Assembly (NCBI GenBank): GCA_965219995.1
Contig: CBDCOX010000002.1
Location: forward strand, 4,416,001 to 4,480,000
Direction: 5' to 3'
DNA length: 64,000 bases
Origin: Candidatus Latescibacterota bacterium
Lineage (GTDB): Bacteria; Latescibacterota; UBA2968; GCA-2709665
The notes below the pieces were generated by a model. It saw only the letters and a program-made list of their open reading frames with translations, ran no database searches and was not told the DNA's origin. The translations under genes and the position numbers were made by a program. Below, in pieces: positions 9,188 through 17,587 of this stretch (positions are counted from its first letter, which is position 1; each line of letters begins with the position of its first letter).

Positions 9188-10402
9188 CTACTGACTCAAC
9201 AGGCGTTTCCATCCCCGTGGGACGGCATTGGTTTCCAGCAGCATCAGCACGGCCTGCCGCTGCGCGGTCTCCAGGCTGTCGTCCCGGGCCTTCCAATAGG
9301 CGTCTCCGCGGCGGGTGGCGTTCGGACGCATCGAAAAAGCGTCCCGGGTGAAGACGGAATCGTGTAGCGCGGGGTTCAGCGTGTAGCCGCCAATGCGGGT
9401 GGTCTGTTCGGCCACGGCGCCTGTGCCGGTGGTAATGCGCACGGTTTGCAGAACCGGCAGCCAGTAACGGTCGTAATACAGCGCGTTTTGCTGATAAGTG
9501 CGCAGTTCCTCGACGCCGAGCGGTTTTCGCCCCCTCTTGTTCAACCGCAGGTCGTAGCCCACCAGCGAGAAGTCGTCTGCGGAGATCCAGATCGCCCCTT
9601 CAAGTCCGGGGTTTCTCTTCTTACTCGGCTCGACGCGAATCCTGTGCACAGCCACGTCGCCCATCTGTACGGTTCCGACCAGACGATAGCGGTAATTCTC
9701 CCGGGCGTCGGAGGCCAGCGGAAGCGGACCCACGTCGAAATCGCGGCCATTGAGGCGGCCGCTGCGGATATTGACGATCACGCCGGGATGCATGCCGAAC
9801 TGCTGCGCAGGCGCCTGTCGCGATCGGTACGCCGTGATGACCTGGACGATCTCTCCCGGACTCCGATAGTACCCCAAACCATCGAACTCGATGCGAGCGA
9901 GGACACTTGAACCGGCGCCGGCGGCGGCGTACAAGGTCTGAGTACCCCGCAACGTGAAACGATGCGTTTGGAGATCCGCGTAGCGCGTATGGAAGACGTT
10001 CTCGCGGGGTTCCCGGCCTGCTTCGTCGAGGAGCGCCTTGAGGGACGGTCGCGGAAGGTCGACGTGTGACTTGAGGGGAATGGGAGACGGGGAGAGCAGG
10101 ATGTCCAGCGGGCTCTCCGGAGCCGCAACCGAGTCAATCTCCCGCAGTGCGGTCCGATAGCCCACCAGGGAGACCCTGAGGCGGACCGGGCCCGCGGGCA
10201 GGCGAGAGACCGCGAATCGGCCATGCAGGTCCGTATGGTCCCCCCGCTTGAGTTCCGGCAGGACAACCGTGGCGTACGGAAGCGGCGCGCGCGTCGCACT
10301 GTCTCTCACGGTGCCGGTCAGGGTCGCCGGGTGCGTGGGCGCCTGAAGGAAGTGCAGCGCGATCAAGCCGGCGATGACGTTAGAAAAAAGCCGCGCGGAC
10401 AT
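9188..10402 (-). CDS. Secreted protein with carboxypeptidase-regulatory-like domain and DUF5686-like region
   Basis: Signal peptide; LTGTVRDSATRAPLPYATV...SLVGY N-terminal domain; YWLP and DAYWKAR later. Confidence 0.65.
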   Translation of the reverse strand: MSARLFSNVIAGLIALHFLQAPTHPATLTGTVRDSATRAPLPYATVVLPELKRGDHTDLHGRFAVSRLPAGPVRLRVSLVGYRTALREIDSVAAPESPLDILLSPSPIPLKSHVDLPRPSLKALLDEAGREPRENVFHTRYADLQTHRFTLRGTQTLYAAAGAGSSVLARIEFDGLGYYRSPGEIVQVITAYRSRQAPAQQFGMHPGVIVNIRSGRLNGRDFDVGPLPLASDARENYRYRLVGTVQMGDVAVHRIRVEPSKKRNPGLEGAIWISADDFSLVGYDLRLNKRGRKPLGVEELRTYQQNALYYDRYWLPVLQTVRITTGTGAVAEQTTRIGGYTLNPALHDSVFTRDAFSMRPNATRRGDAYWKARDDSLETAQRQAVLMLLETNAVPRGWKRLLSQ

Positions 10403-11564
10403 CAGCCAGTGCCTGGATGAGACGGTTGATATCTTCCTCTCCGTGGTCGGCCATGAGCGTGAGGCGAAGACGGCTCTCGCCTTCGGGTACCGTCGGAGGC
10501 CGGATGCCGCTGAGGTAGATCCCTTCCTCGAAGAGATGGTCCGAAATCGCCATCGTACGCGTCGCGTCGCCGATCAGTACGGGGATGATCTGGGATCGGG
10601 AGTCCATGAGATCGAAATCGAGGGCTTTCAGTGCGTCATGGACGGTTCGGACGTTTCGCCAGAGCCGGTTTCGCAGGTGGGGACTGGTTTCGATGAGTCC
10701 CAGGGCGACAGAGGCGGCCGCGCATGCGTCGGGCGGCAGCGCCGAGGTGTAGATGAAGGCCGGGGCCCGATTGATCAGCAGGTCGATGAGTTCCGCGTTT
10801 CCGGCGACGAATCCGCCGTAGGCGCCGAGGGCCTTGCTGCCGGAGGTCGTGAGAACGTCGATGCCCCGGTCGATGCCGAAATGGTCGTGAATACCGCGAC
10901 CGGAAGCGCCCAGGACGCCGGTACCATGGGCGTCGTCAACCATCAGGATGGCCCTGTGCCGGTTCGCGGCGTCCACCAGGTCGGTGAGAGGGGCAAGGTC
11001 GCCGTCCATGCTGAACAACCCGTCGGTGACGATCAGCCGGCGCCGGTAATCGATCCGGGTCCGGAGCAGTTCGTCAAGATGGTCGACGTCCCGGTGTCGA
11101 TAGACGAAGGTATCCGCGCGGGAGAGCCGGCAGGCGTCTATGATGCTCCGATGGTTCAGTCTGTCGCTGAAAACCGCATCGTCCTCGCCCGCGAGTGCGC
11201 TCACCGCTCCCAGGTTCGCCATGTAGCCGGTGGGAAAGCAGAGGGCCGATTCGGTTCCCAGGAAACGGGCCACCCGGTCTTCCAGCGTCCGATGCGGTTC
11301 CATGTTTCCGGAAATCAGGCGGGAGGCCGCCGCGCTCAGCCCGTACGTGCGCAGGGCGGCGTCGGCTTCTTCTTTCAGGGCAGGGTGGTTTGCAAGCCCC
11401 AGATAGTTATTGGAGCAGAAGAGGAGACGTTCCTTGCCGTCGATGCGGACCCTGGGACCCTGCGCTCCTTCCACCAGATGAAGGCTGCGGTAAAGCCCGC
11501 GTGATTTCAGAATGTTCAACTCTGTGTCTAGATGAGGAAGCACTGGAAGGGCACCGATGCGCAA
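10380..11564 (-). CDS. bioF: 8-amino-7-oxononanoate synthase (AOS family PLP enzyme)
   Basis: FCSNNYLGLA, DRLNHRSIIDA, TDGLFSMDGD, VDDAHGTG, SKALG and IRPPTVP motifs. Confidence 0.85.
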   Translation of the reverse strand: MRIGALPVLPHLDTELNILKSRGLYRSLHLVEGAQGPRVRIDGKERLLFCSNNYLGLANHPALKEEADAALRTYGLSAAASRLISGNMEPHRTLEDRVARFLGTESALCFPTGYMANLGAVSALAGEDDAVFSDRLNHRSIIDACRLSRADTFVYRHRDVDHLDELLRTRIDYRRRLIVTDGLFSMDGDLAPLTDLVDAANRHRAILMVDDAHGTGVLGASGRGIHDHFGIDRGIDVLTTSGSKALGAYGGFVAGNAELIDLLINRAPAFIYTSALPPDACAAASVALGLIETSPHLRNRLWRNVRTVHDALKALDFDLMDSRSQIIPVLIGDATRTMAISDHLFEEGIYLSGIRPPTVPEGESRLRLTLMADHGEEDINRLIQALADVRAAFF

Positions 11565-11647
11565 GGCAGTTCAGGGATACGAAACTCGGACGGAAATTAT
11601 GGAAATCCCCCGGGATTGTCAAGCGGGTGGCGGGAAATGGTACGGGT

Positions 11648-11677
11648 TTGACAAAAGGGCTCGTTCACTTGTATATT
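11648..11677 (+). promoter_or_regulatory. Putative sigma70 promoter for the lnt-tatC operon
   Basis: TTGACA-18 bp-TATATT; a divergent TTGACA on the minus strand at 11617-11622 points to bioF. Confidence 0.55.
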
Positions 11678-11822
11678 CCAGACTGTTCATCCGGGCGGGG
11701 ATCAACCGGACCGGTTGGCGGGACTCGCTGCTTGCGGCCAACCGGTTTTTCTGTCCCGTAACCCGCAACATGACAACGCGGCCGCCCGGAAAGCGGCGGA
11801 AGGGCTCGGAGGGACCGGAATC

Positions 11823-14144
11823 ATGGCGGAGGCACGGCAGGGCGCAGACTGGAAATGGATGGCGCTGTTTCCCGCGGTTTCGGGCCTTGTGCTCGGCGCG
11901 GCATTTCCGCCTCTGCCTCTGGGTTTTCTGTCTTATGTCGCGCTGATCCCGCTGCTGCTTGCGGCTGAGCGGCTGCACGGCAGGGCGGCATTCGGCGCCG
12001 GTTTCATTCAGGGGATCTTCTTCTACGGTGTCACGCTATACTGGATCGGAACGATCACGCCGCCCGGCATGGCCGGAGCGGTTTTTTATATGTCCCTGTT
12101 CCGCGGCCTGTTCACGTGGGGGTTCGCCCGTGTCGTTGCGCGATATGGCGGTGCGGGGTTGTGGAGCGCGCCTTTCCTCTGGGTGGGGTTGGAATATTTC
12201 AACTCTCTGGGCGACATGGGGTTTCCATGGGTCGTGCTGGGAAGTTCGCAAACGGCCTGGCTGTGGCTGATCCAATATGCCGAAGTGACGGGGGTGTACG
12301 GGGTTTCGTTCTGGATCGTGGTGGTCAACCTGAGCGTCCTGATGCTCTGGAGGAACCGGGTGCGGCGCAGGATATGGGTTGCGGTCCTGGCGGCCCTTTT
12401 TGCGGGCCCGGCGGCAAACGGGTATCTGGCGTTGAAGGAGGTTCCGGAGGAACATGCCGTGACCGTGGGCGTGGTCCAGCCGGATATGCCGCCGGTGGCC
12501 AAGGAATACCGGGGATTCGATTACAATTTCGGCAAGCTGAAGCCGATGACCGTGGAAGCCGCGGGGCAGGGAGCAAAGCTAGTGGTGTGGCCCGAGACGG
12601 CGGTGGGCTATCTGAAAGGGGAATTGTACCGGCACCATCGCGAGCGGGTGCAGGCAATGGTGGACTCGCTCGGCATCCATCTCTATACGGGAGCATACAG
12701 ACTGGAAGCCGGCGACCCTGTAAAGGTCTTCAACTCCTCGTTTCTGTTCGCGCCGCGCAGGGGGATCACGGGACACTACGACAAGACTCGCCTCGTACCG
12801 TTCGGCGAACGCGCGCCGTTCCCCGAATTGCTGCCCTTTCTGCGAAAGATCAGGTTCACGGGCGGCGGTTTCGTGGGGGGCAACTGGGATTCCGGTGTGA
12901 CCCGGACGGTCTTCGAAGGTCCCGAAGGCCGCTTCTCCGCGCTGATCTGTTACGATTCGGTCTTTCCCGGATTTGCACGGTCCTTCGTGGACCTGGGCGC
13001 CGAGTTTCTGGTGATCATTACCAATGACGGCTGGTTCGGCAGGACTTCCGGACCCTTTCAGCATGCCGAGGCGGCTGTGTTTCGCGCCATCGAGAACCGG
13101 CGCGACGTGGTGCGCTGCGCGAATACGGGCGTTTCCACGTTTATCGACGCCTATGGACGGAAATCGGGGACGACCGGGATCTTCCATCCGGCGGTCGTGA
13201 CGCAAGGGGTGACGCCCCGAACCGCAAAGACGTTCTATACGAGATACGGAGACCTGTTCGGCCAGCTTTGCCTGGTGTTGGGCGTGATTCTGGTGTTGGT
13301 GTCCTTTCGCGGTCATGCGATGGATGCATCCCATTCCATACTGCCACCGGACGCCGAAACACCCGCCGGACGCGCCCCCAAACCGAATTCAGGCGCCGAC
13401 GACAGCGCAATGCCCTTTCTGGATCATCTGGAGGAACTCCGCTGGCGCCTGTTAAAGGGACTGGCGGCCCTCACGGTCGGCGCCGTGATCTGCGGGATAT
13501 TCTCGGACAATATCCTTGGGTGGCTCGTGCTGCCTGTCCGGGAAGCGACCCCTGTCATGAAGCTGTTGGGCGTGACGCCGGTCGATCCGCCGGTCAAGCT
13601 GATCTATTTGAAACCGATGGGGATGTTTCTCGTCAAACTTCAAATCGCCCTTGTCGGCGGGGCGATCCTGGCGCTGCCGGTTCTCCTGTATCAACTGTGG
13701 ATCTTCGTTGCGCCGGGTCTGTTGACAACAGAGCGGCGGTACGTATCTTTTATTGTATTCTCATCGTCGATCTGTTTTGTCCTCGGTGGCGCCATCGCTT
13801 ACGTGAGCGTGGTGCCGCTGTCGTTTCGTTTCCTTATTCTGATCGGCGAAGGGACCGGGGTCGACCCCCAGTTTGATATCGGCTTCTACATCGGTTTCGT
13901 GCTGAGGCTGCTGGTTGCCTTCGGGGTTGTCTTCGAGCTTCCGGTAGCGGCGTTCTTCCTGAGCCGGATCGGTCTGCTGACCGCGGACCGGATGCGTTGG
14001 GGAAGGAGGTACGCGGTTGTGATCGGTTTTGTGCTGGCCGCGCTGCTGACGCCGCCGGACCCGATCTCCCAGCTGATGATGGCGCTCCCGCTGGTACTGC
14101 TTTACGAATTCAGCATCTGGGTGGCGCGTGTTGCCGGCAGATGA
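11823..14144 (+). CDS. lnt-tatC: Fusion of apolipoprotein N-acyltransferase (Lnt) and Tat translocase subunit TatC
   Basis: Lnt motifs WPETA, YDKTRLVPFGE, ICYDS, TNDGWFG, RAIENRR, RCANTG; Pro/Ala linker; TatC motifs MPFLDHLEELRWRL (from 13410), YQLWIFVAPGL, FELP, LTPPDPISQ; no stop between them. Confidence 0.88.
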   Translation: MAEARQGADWKWMALFPAVSGLVLGAAFPPLPLGFLSYVALIPLLLAAERLHGRAAFGAGFIQGIFFYGVTLYWIGTITPPGMAGAVFYMSLFRGLFTWGFARVVARYGGAGLWSAPFLWVGLEYFNSLGDMGFPWVVLGSSQTAWLWLIQYAEVTGVYGVSFWIVVVNLSVLMLWRNRVRRRIWVAVLAALFAGPAANGYLALKEVPEEHAVTVGVVQPDMPPVAKEYRGFDYNFGKLKPMTVEAAGQGAKLVVWPETAVGYLKGELYRHHRERVQAMVDSLGIHLYTGAYRLEAGDPVKVFNSSFLFAPRRGITGHYDKTRLVPFGERAPFPELLPFLRKIRFTGGGFVGGNWDSGVTRTVFEGPEGRFSALICYDSVFPGFARSFVDLGAEFLVIITNDGWFGRTSGPFQHAEAAVFRAIENRRDVVRCANTGVSTFIDAYGRKSGTTGIFHPAVVTQGVTPRTAKTFYTRYGDLFGQLCLVLGVILVLVSFRGHAMDASHSILPPDAETPAGRAPKPNSGADDSAMPFLDHLEELRWRLLKGLAALTVGAVICGIFSDNILGWLVLPVREATPVMKLLGVTPVDPPVKLIYLKPMGMFLVKLQIALVGGAILALPVLLYQLWIFVAPGLLTTERRYVSFIVFSSSICFVLGGAIAYVSVVPLSFRFLILIGEGTGVDPQFDIGFYIGFVLRLLVAFGVVFELPVAAFFLSRIGLLTADRMRWGRRYAVVIGFVLAALLTPPDPISQLMMALPLVLLYEFSIWVARVAGR

Positions 14145-14233
14145 GCCGGGGCTGCGATGCAGGCGTTCCCCTACGCGCCCGGTGCCCGATCTGCGTCCGC
14201 GAGGCGATGTAGACTAACGAGGATTTGTCTTTA

Positions 14234-15211
14234 ATGAGTATTCCGGTTGCAGTTGGCGTTCTCATCGTGTGCTTTGCGGTACTTTCCAAATGCGCGTCGT
14301 GGTTTGTGGACGGAGCGGTAGGGATTGCAGAACACCTGAATGTGCCCAAAATGCTGATCGGCATCGTGCTCGTGAGCCTGGCGACGACCTCACCGGAACT
14401 CGCCGTGTCGGTGCTGGCCGCATTCGAAGGGCACCCGGAGATGGCGTTGGGCAACGCCATCGGGTCGGTCATCGTGGACGACGGCGTCGCGCTGGCGCTG
14501 GGCGTACTCGTTGCGGGCACGCCGATTCTCATCAATCCGTACCTGCTGCGGACAACGGGAATATTTCTGATTGTGGTGGATCTGGCCGCCTATGCGATGG
14601 CGTTCGACGGAACGCTGGACCGGATCGAAGGCGGCGTACTGCTCCTCCTGTTCGTCGCCTACACGGTCTTTACGTACGTCACGCGACGTCGATCAACATC
14701 GGCGGAAGGGAATCGGATCGAGGAACTGAAGGAGATCGAGGAATCCATAGAAGGACGGGGTCCGGGCATGCTGGCGCTCTGGTTCTGCGTGGGGCTGGTC
14801 GGGGTATTGATTTCCAGCCATTTTATCGTGGGATCCGCCGTGGTCATCGCCAAGGCATTGGCCGTGAGCGAAGCCGTGATCGCGCTTACGGTGATCGCCA
14901 TCGGCACGTCGTTGCCGGAGATCGCTACAGGCGTGACGGCCGCCCGGAGAGGGCACGGCGAGATTGTCGTCGGCAATATTCTTGGCGCCGACATTCTGAA
15001 TATCTGCTGGATCGCCGGCGCGTCCGCGGTGGTCAATCCGCTCGTGGTGACGCCCAAAGTGATCCATTTTTCGTTTCCCGCCATGCTGGCGATCGTATTC
15101 GCGATGCTCTTCATGATGCGCACAGGCCACCGGTTGACGCGAGTCGAGGGATTCGTGCTGCTGGCGGTATACGGTGCGTATCTGGCGTTAACTGGAATAT
15201 TGTTCTTCTAG
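14234..15211 (+). CDS. Calcium/sodium antiporter (YrbG/CaCA family)
   Basis: Two alpha repeats: ATTSPEL...GNAIGS and GTSLPEI...GNILGAD. Confidence 0.9.
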   Translation: MSIPVAVGVLIVCFAVLSKCASWFVDGAVGIAEHLNVPKMLIGIVLVSLATTSPELAVSVLAAFEGHPEMALGNAIGSVIVDDGVALALGVLVAGTPILINPYLLRTTGIFLIVVDLAAYAMAFDGTLDRIEGGVLLLLFVAYTVFTYVTRRRSTSAEGNRIEELKEIEESIEGRGPGMLALWFCVGLVGVLISSHFIVGSAVVIAKALAVSEAVIALTVIAIGTSLPEIATGVTAARRGHGEIVVGNILGADILNICWIAGASAVVNPLVVTPKVIHFSFPAMLAIVFAMLFMMRTGHRLTRVEGFVLLAVYGAYLALTGILFF

Positions 15212-15220
15212 AGGATAACG

Positions 15221-16255
15221 ATGAGCGGGATATTCGTGACCGGAGGCGCCGGATTCATCGGCTCGAACTTCGTTCGGTACTGGCTGTCCAGATATCCGGA
15301 TGACAGCGTTGTAAACTACGATCTGCTCACGTATGCCGGGAATCCGGACAACCTGACCGACGTGACGGAAACATATCCCGGAAGGTACGAATTCGTTCAG
15401 GGCGATATCGGCAACTATGAGCTGACGCGGAGTCTTCTGGAACGGCACCGGCCGGACTGTGTCGTCAACTTCGCCGCGGAGTCGCACAACAGCCGCGCTG
15501 TTGTGAATCCCGACGTCTTTTTCGAGACCAACGTGCTGGGAACGCAGCGACTGCTGCAGGCCGCGCACGACGCCGGCGTGCCCAGGGTTCACCACATTTC
15601 CACCTGTGAGGTCTACGGGGACCTGCCGCTCGATTCGGAGGAGAGCTTTTCGGAAACCGACCCGTATCAGCCGCGTACGCCTTACAACGCATCCAAAGCG
15701 GCCGCCGACCTGGTAGTCCGGGCGTACCATCTGACGTTCGGACTGCAGGTTACGATCTCCAACTGCGCGAACAACTACGGACCCCGCCAGTTTCCCGAAA
15801 AGGTGGTCCCTCTGTTTGTCACCCAGCTCCTCAACGGAAAGAAGATGACGCTCTACAAGAGCAGCAGGAACAAACGGGAGTGGCTCCATGTAGACGACCA
15901 CTGCCGGGCGATCGACCTGATCCTGAAGCATGGGAAGATCGGGGAGACGTACAACGTCGGCAGCGGCGTTGAGGTGGACGTCGAGACGATTGCAGACACC
16001 ATTCTGGACGTGCTCGGGCTCGACGGATCGTACAAGGTCTACGTCCCGGACCGCCCCGGACACGACCGCAGGTATCTACTGGATTCGAGCAAGCTGCGTA
16101 CGGAACTCGATTGGGCCCCCAAAATTCCCTTTGAGCATGGGTTCAGGGAAACGGTACTCTGGTACACCGATAATCGCGCCTGGTGGGAACCTCTCCTGAA
16201 ACGTCTCGACGTGGACGAGGAAGCCTGGACGCAGGCTTCAACCCGCCGGTCCTGA
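15221..16255 (+). CDS. rfbB: dTDP-glucose 4,6-dehydratase
   Basis: VTGGAGFIGSNF, FAAESH, YNASKA, NNYGPRQFPEK, DRPGHDRRY. Confidence 0.93.
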   Translation: MSGIFVTGGAGFIGSNFVRYWLSRYPDDSVVNYDLLTYAGNPDNLTDVTETYPGRYEFVQGDIGNYELTRSLLERHRPDCVVNFAAESHNSRAVVNPDVFFETNVLGTQRLLQAAHDAGVPRVHHISTCEVYGDLPLDSEESFSETDPYQPRTPYNASKAAADLVVRAYHLTFGLQVTISNCANNYGPRQFPEKVVPLFVTQLLNGKKMTLYKSSRNKREWLHVDDHCRAIDLILKHGKIGETYNVGSGVEVDVETIADTILDVLGLDGSYKVYVPDRPGHDRRYLLDSSKLRTELDWAPKIPFEHGFRETVLWYTDNRAWWEPLLKRLDVDEEAWTQASTRRS

Positions 16256-16294
16256 GGCGAGGCACGTGTCCGCATCTCCTTGAAAGGACGTTGA

Positions 16295-16867
16295 ATGCCG
16301 TTCCGGTTTCAAAGGCTGGGCATACCCGGACTCGTTCTCGTCGAGCCCCGCGTTTTTGAAGACAGTCGCGGCTTTCTGATGGAGTCCTACAAGAGGTCGG
16401 ATTTCGAAGCGGATGGAATCTTCGCCGAGTTTGTGCAGGATATCCATTCCCACTCGGTCAGGGGCGTCCTGAGGGGAATGCACTATCAGCTGCGCCCCGC
16501 GGCGCAGGCCAAGCTGGTGAGGGTTGTAAAGGGCGAGGTGTTCGACGCGGCGGTGGATATCCGCAGGAATGCCCCCACCTTCGGACAGTGGGAAGGGGTG
16601 GTGCTGTCTGACGAAAACCACAGGATGTTCTACGTTCCGGAGGGATTTGCGCACGGGTTCTGCGTGCTGAGCGACGAGGCCGAGTTCGTCTACAAGGTCA
16701 CCGCGGAGTTCGCGCCGGACCTCGACCGGGGCATCCTGTGGAACGATCCGGCCGTCGGCATCGACTGGCCGGTTTCCAATCCGGTCCTGTCCGCGAAGGA
16801 CCTCGAACTGCCCCTGCTGGCCGACGCCGAAAATAACTTCGTCTACGACCCGGGCGCGGTTGGCTGA
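16295..16867 (+). CDS. rfbC: dTDP-4-dehydrorhamnose 3,5-epimerase
   Basis: DSRGFLMESY, GVLRGMHYQ, VPEGFAHGF, WNDPAVGIDWP. Confidence 0.93.
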   Translation: MPFRFQRLGIPGLVLVEPRVFEDSRGFLMESYKRSDFEADGIFAEFVQDIHSHSVRGVLRGMHYQLRPAAQAKLVRVVKGEVFDAAVDIRRNAPTFGQWEGVVLSDENHRMFYVPEGFAHGFCVLSDEAEFVYKVTAEFAPDLDRGILWNDPAVGIDWPVSNPVLSAKDLELPLLADAENNFVYDPGAVG

Positions 16868-16948
16868 GATTCAAGGGGACTCGACGTCATTCGGTAAGGC
16901 GACACGGTTATGGACGTTGTGCCGGGGATCGTCGGATCCGGGCAGGTC

Positions 16949-17587
16949 CTATCCAAGCGGGCCGCCGCCGAAGAGGTCTTCTCCTTCTTCGGCGGTTTCT
17001 TCTTTGTTGGAGATGCCCCAGATCAGTCCGTGAGGATCCAGTTCGTTCAGAGGGGGGCTGTCGTAGTCCGGCTGGAGTTCGCTTCCGCAGATGGGACAGC
17101 AGGCATACGACGGATGATACAGGACGCCGTTGTTGCAGGCCTTGCAGGATTTCACCATCGTATCCAGCTTGTCGCCGCAGCGTACGCAGTGCTGAAAGTA
17201 GCCGTCGTAGGGCGTGCTCTCCCCGCACCGGGAGCAGGTCACCACGTCGTGCATGCCCAGTTTGTCGGCCGGCGGCTGCTCGAGCGAGATCGCCTGCCGA
17301 TCCGGCACGGAGACGTATTCGGCCTTGAACGTCTGAAATTTTTCGCGGATCTGGCTGGTCTGTACGCCCAGGTATTTTTCCGAAATCGTGATCGTGAAGA
17401 CCAGGTCGGGCGAAATGCCCAGGAAGTGGATGAGGTCTCTGGTATTCCAGTCCCGCTGTTCGACGATCGTGGCCTTGTGGGTTTCGCACAGGCTGAGGAA
17501 GTCCTGTATTTTTTTTCGGTTCTCCCGCCGCCGGCTGTTGTCTTCCCGTTCAAACTCGTACAGGGTGCCGAAGTCGATGCGGATCAT
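16949..17587 (-). CDS. Hypothetical protein with double zinc-ribbon (four CxxC) and acidic tail
   Basis: CSRC, CVRC, CKAC, CPIC; start overlaps uvrA stop (ATGA). Confidence 0.7.
   Translation of the reverse strand: MIRIDFGTLYEFEREDNSRRRENRKKIQDFLSLCETHKATIVEQRDWNTRDLIHFLGISPDLVFTITISEKYLGVQTSQIREKFQTFKAEYVSVPDRQAISLEQPPADKLGMHDVVTCSRCGESTPYDGYFQHCVRCGDKLDTMVKSCKACNNGVLYHPSYACCPICGSELQPDYDSPPLNELDPHGLIWGISNKEETAEEGEDLFGGGPLG

Noticed and set aside
10380-11564. Serine palmitoyltransferase instead of BioF, since no other bio genes are adjacent
   Set aside because: Motifs fit BioF well and no acyl-carrier or sphingolipid genes are nearby; cannot be resolved without a phylogeny
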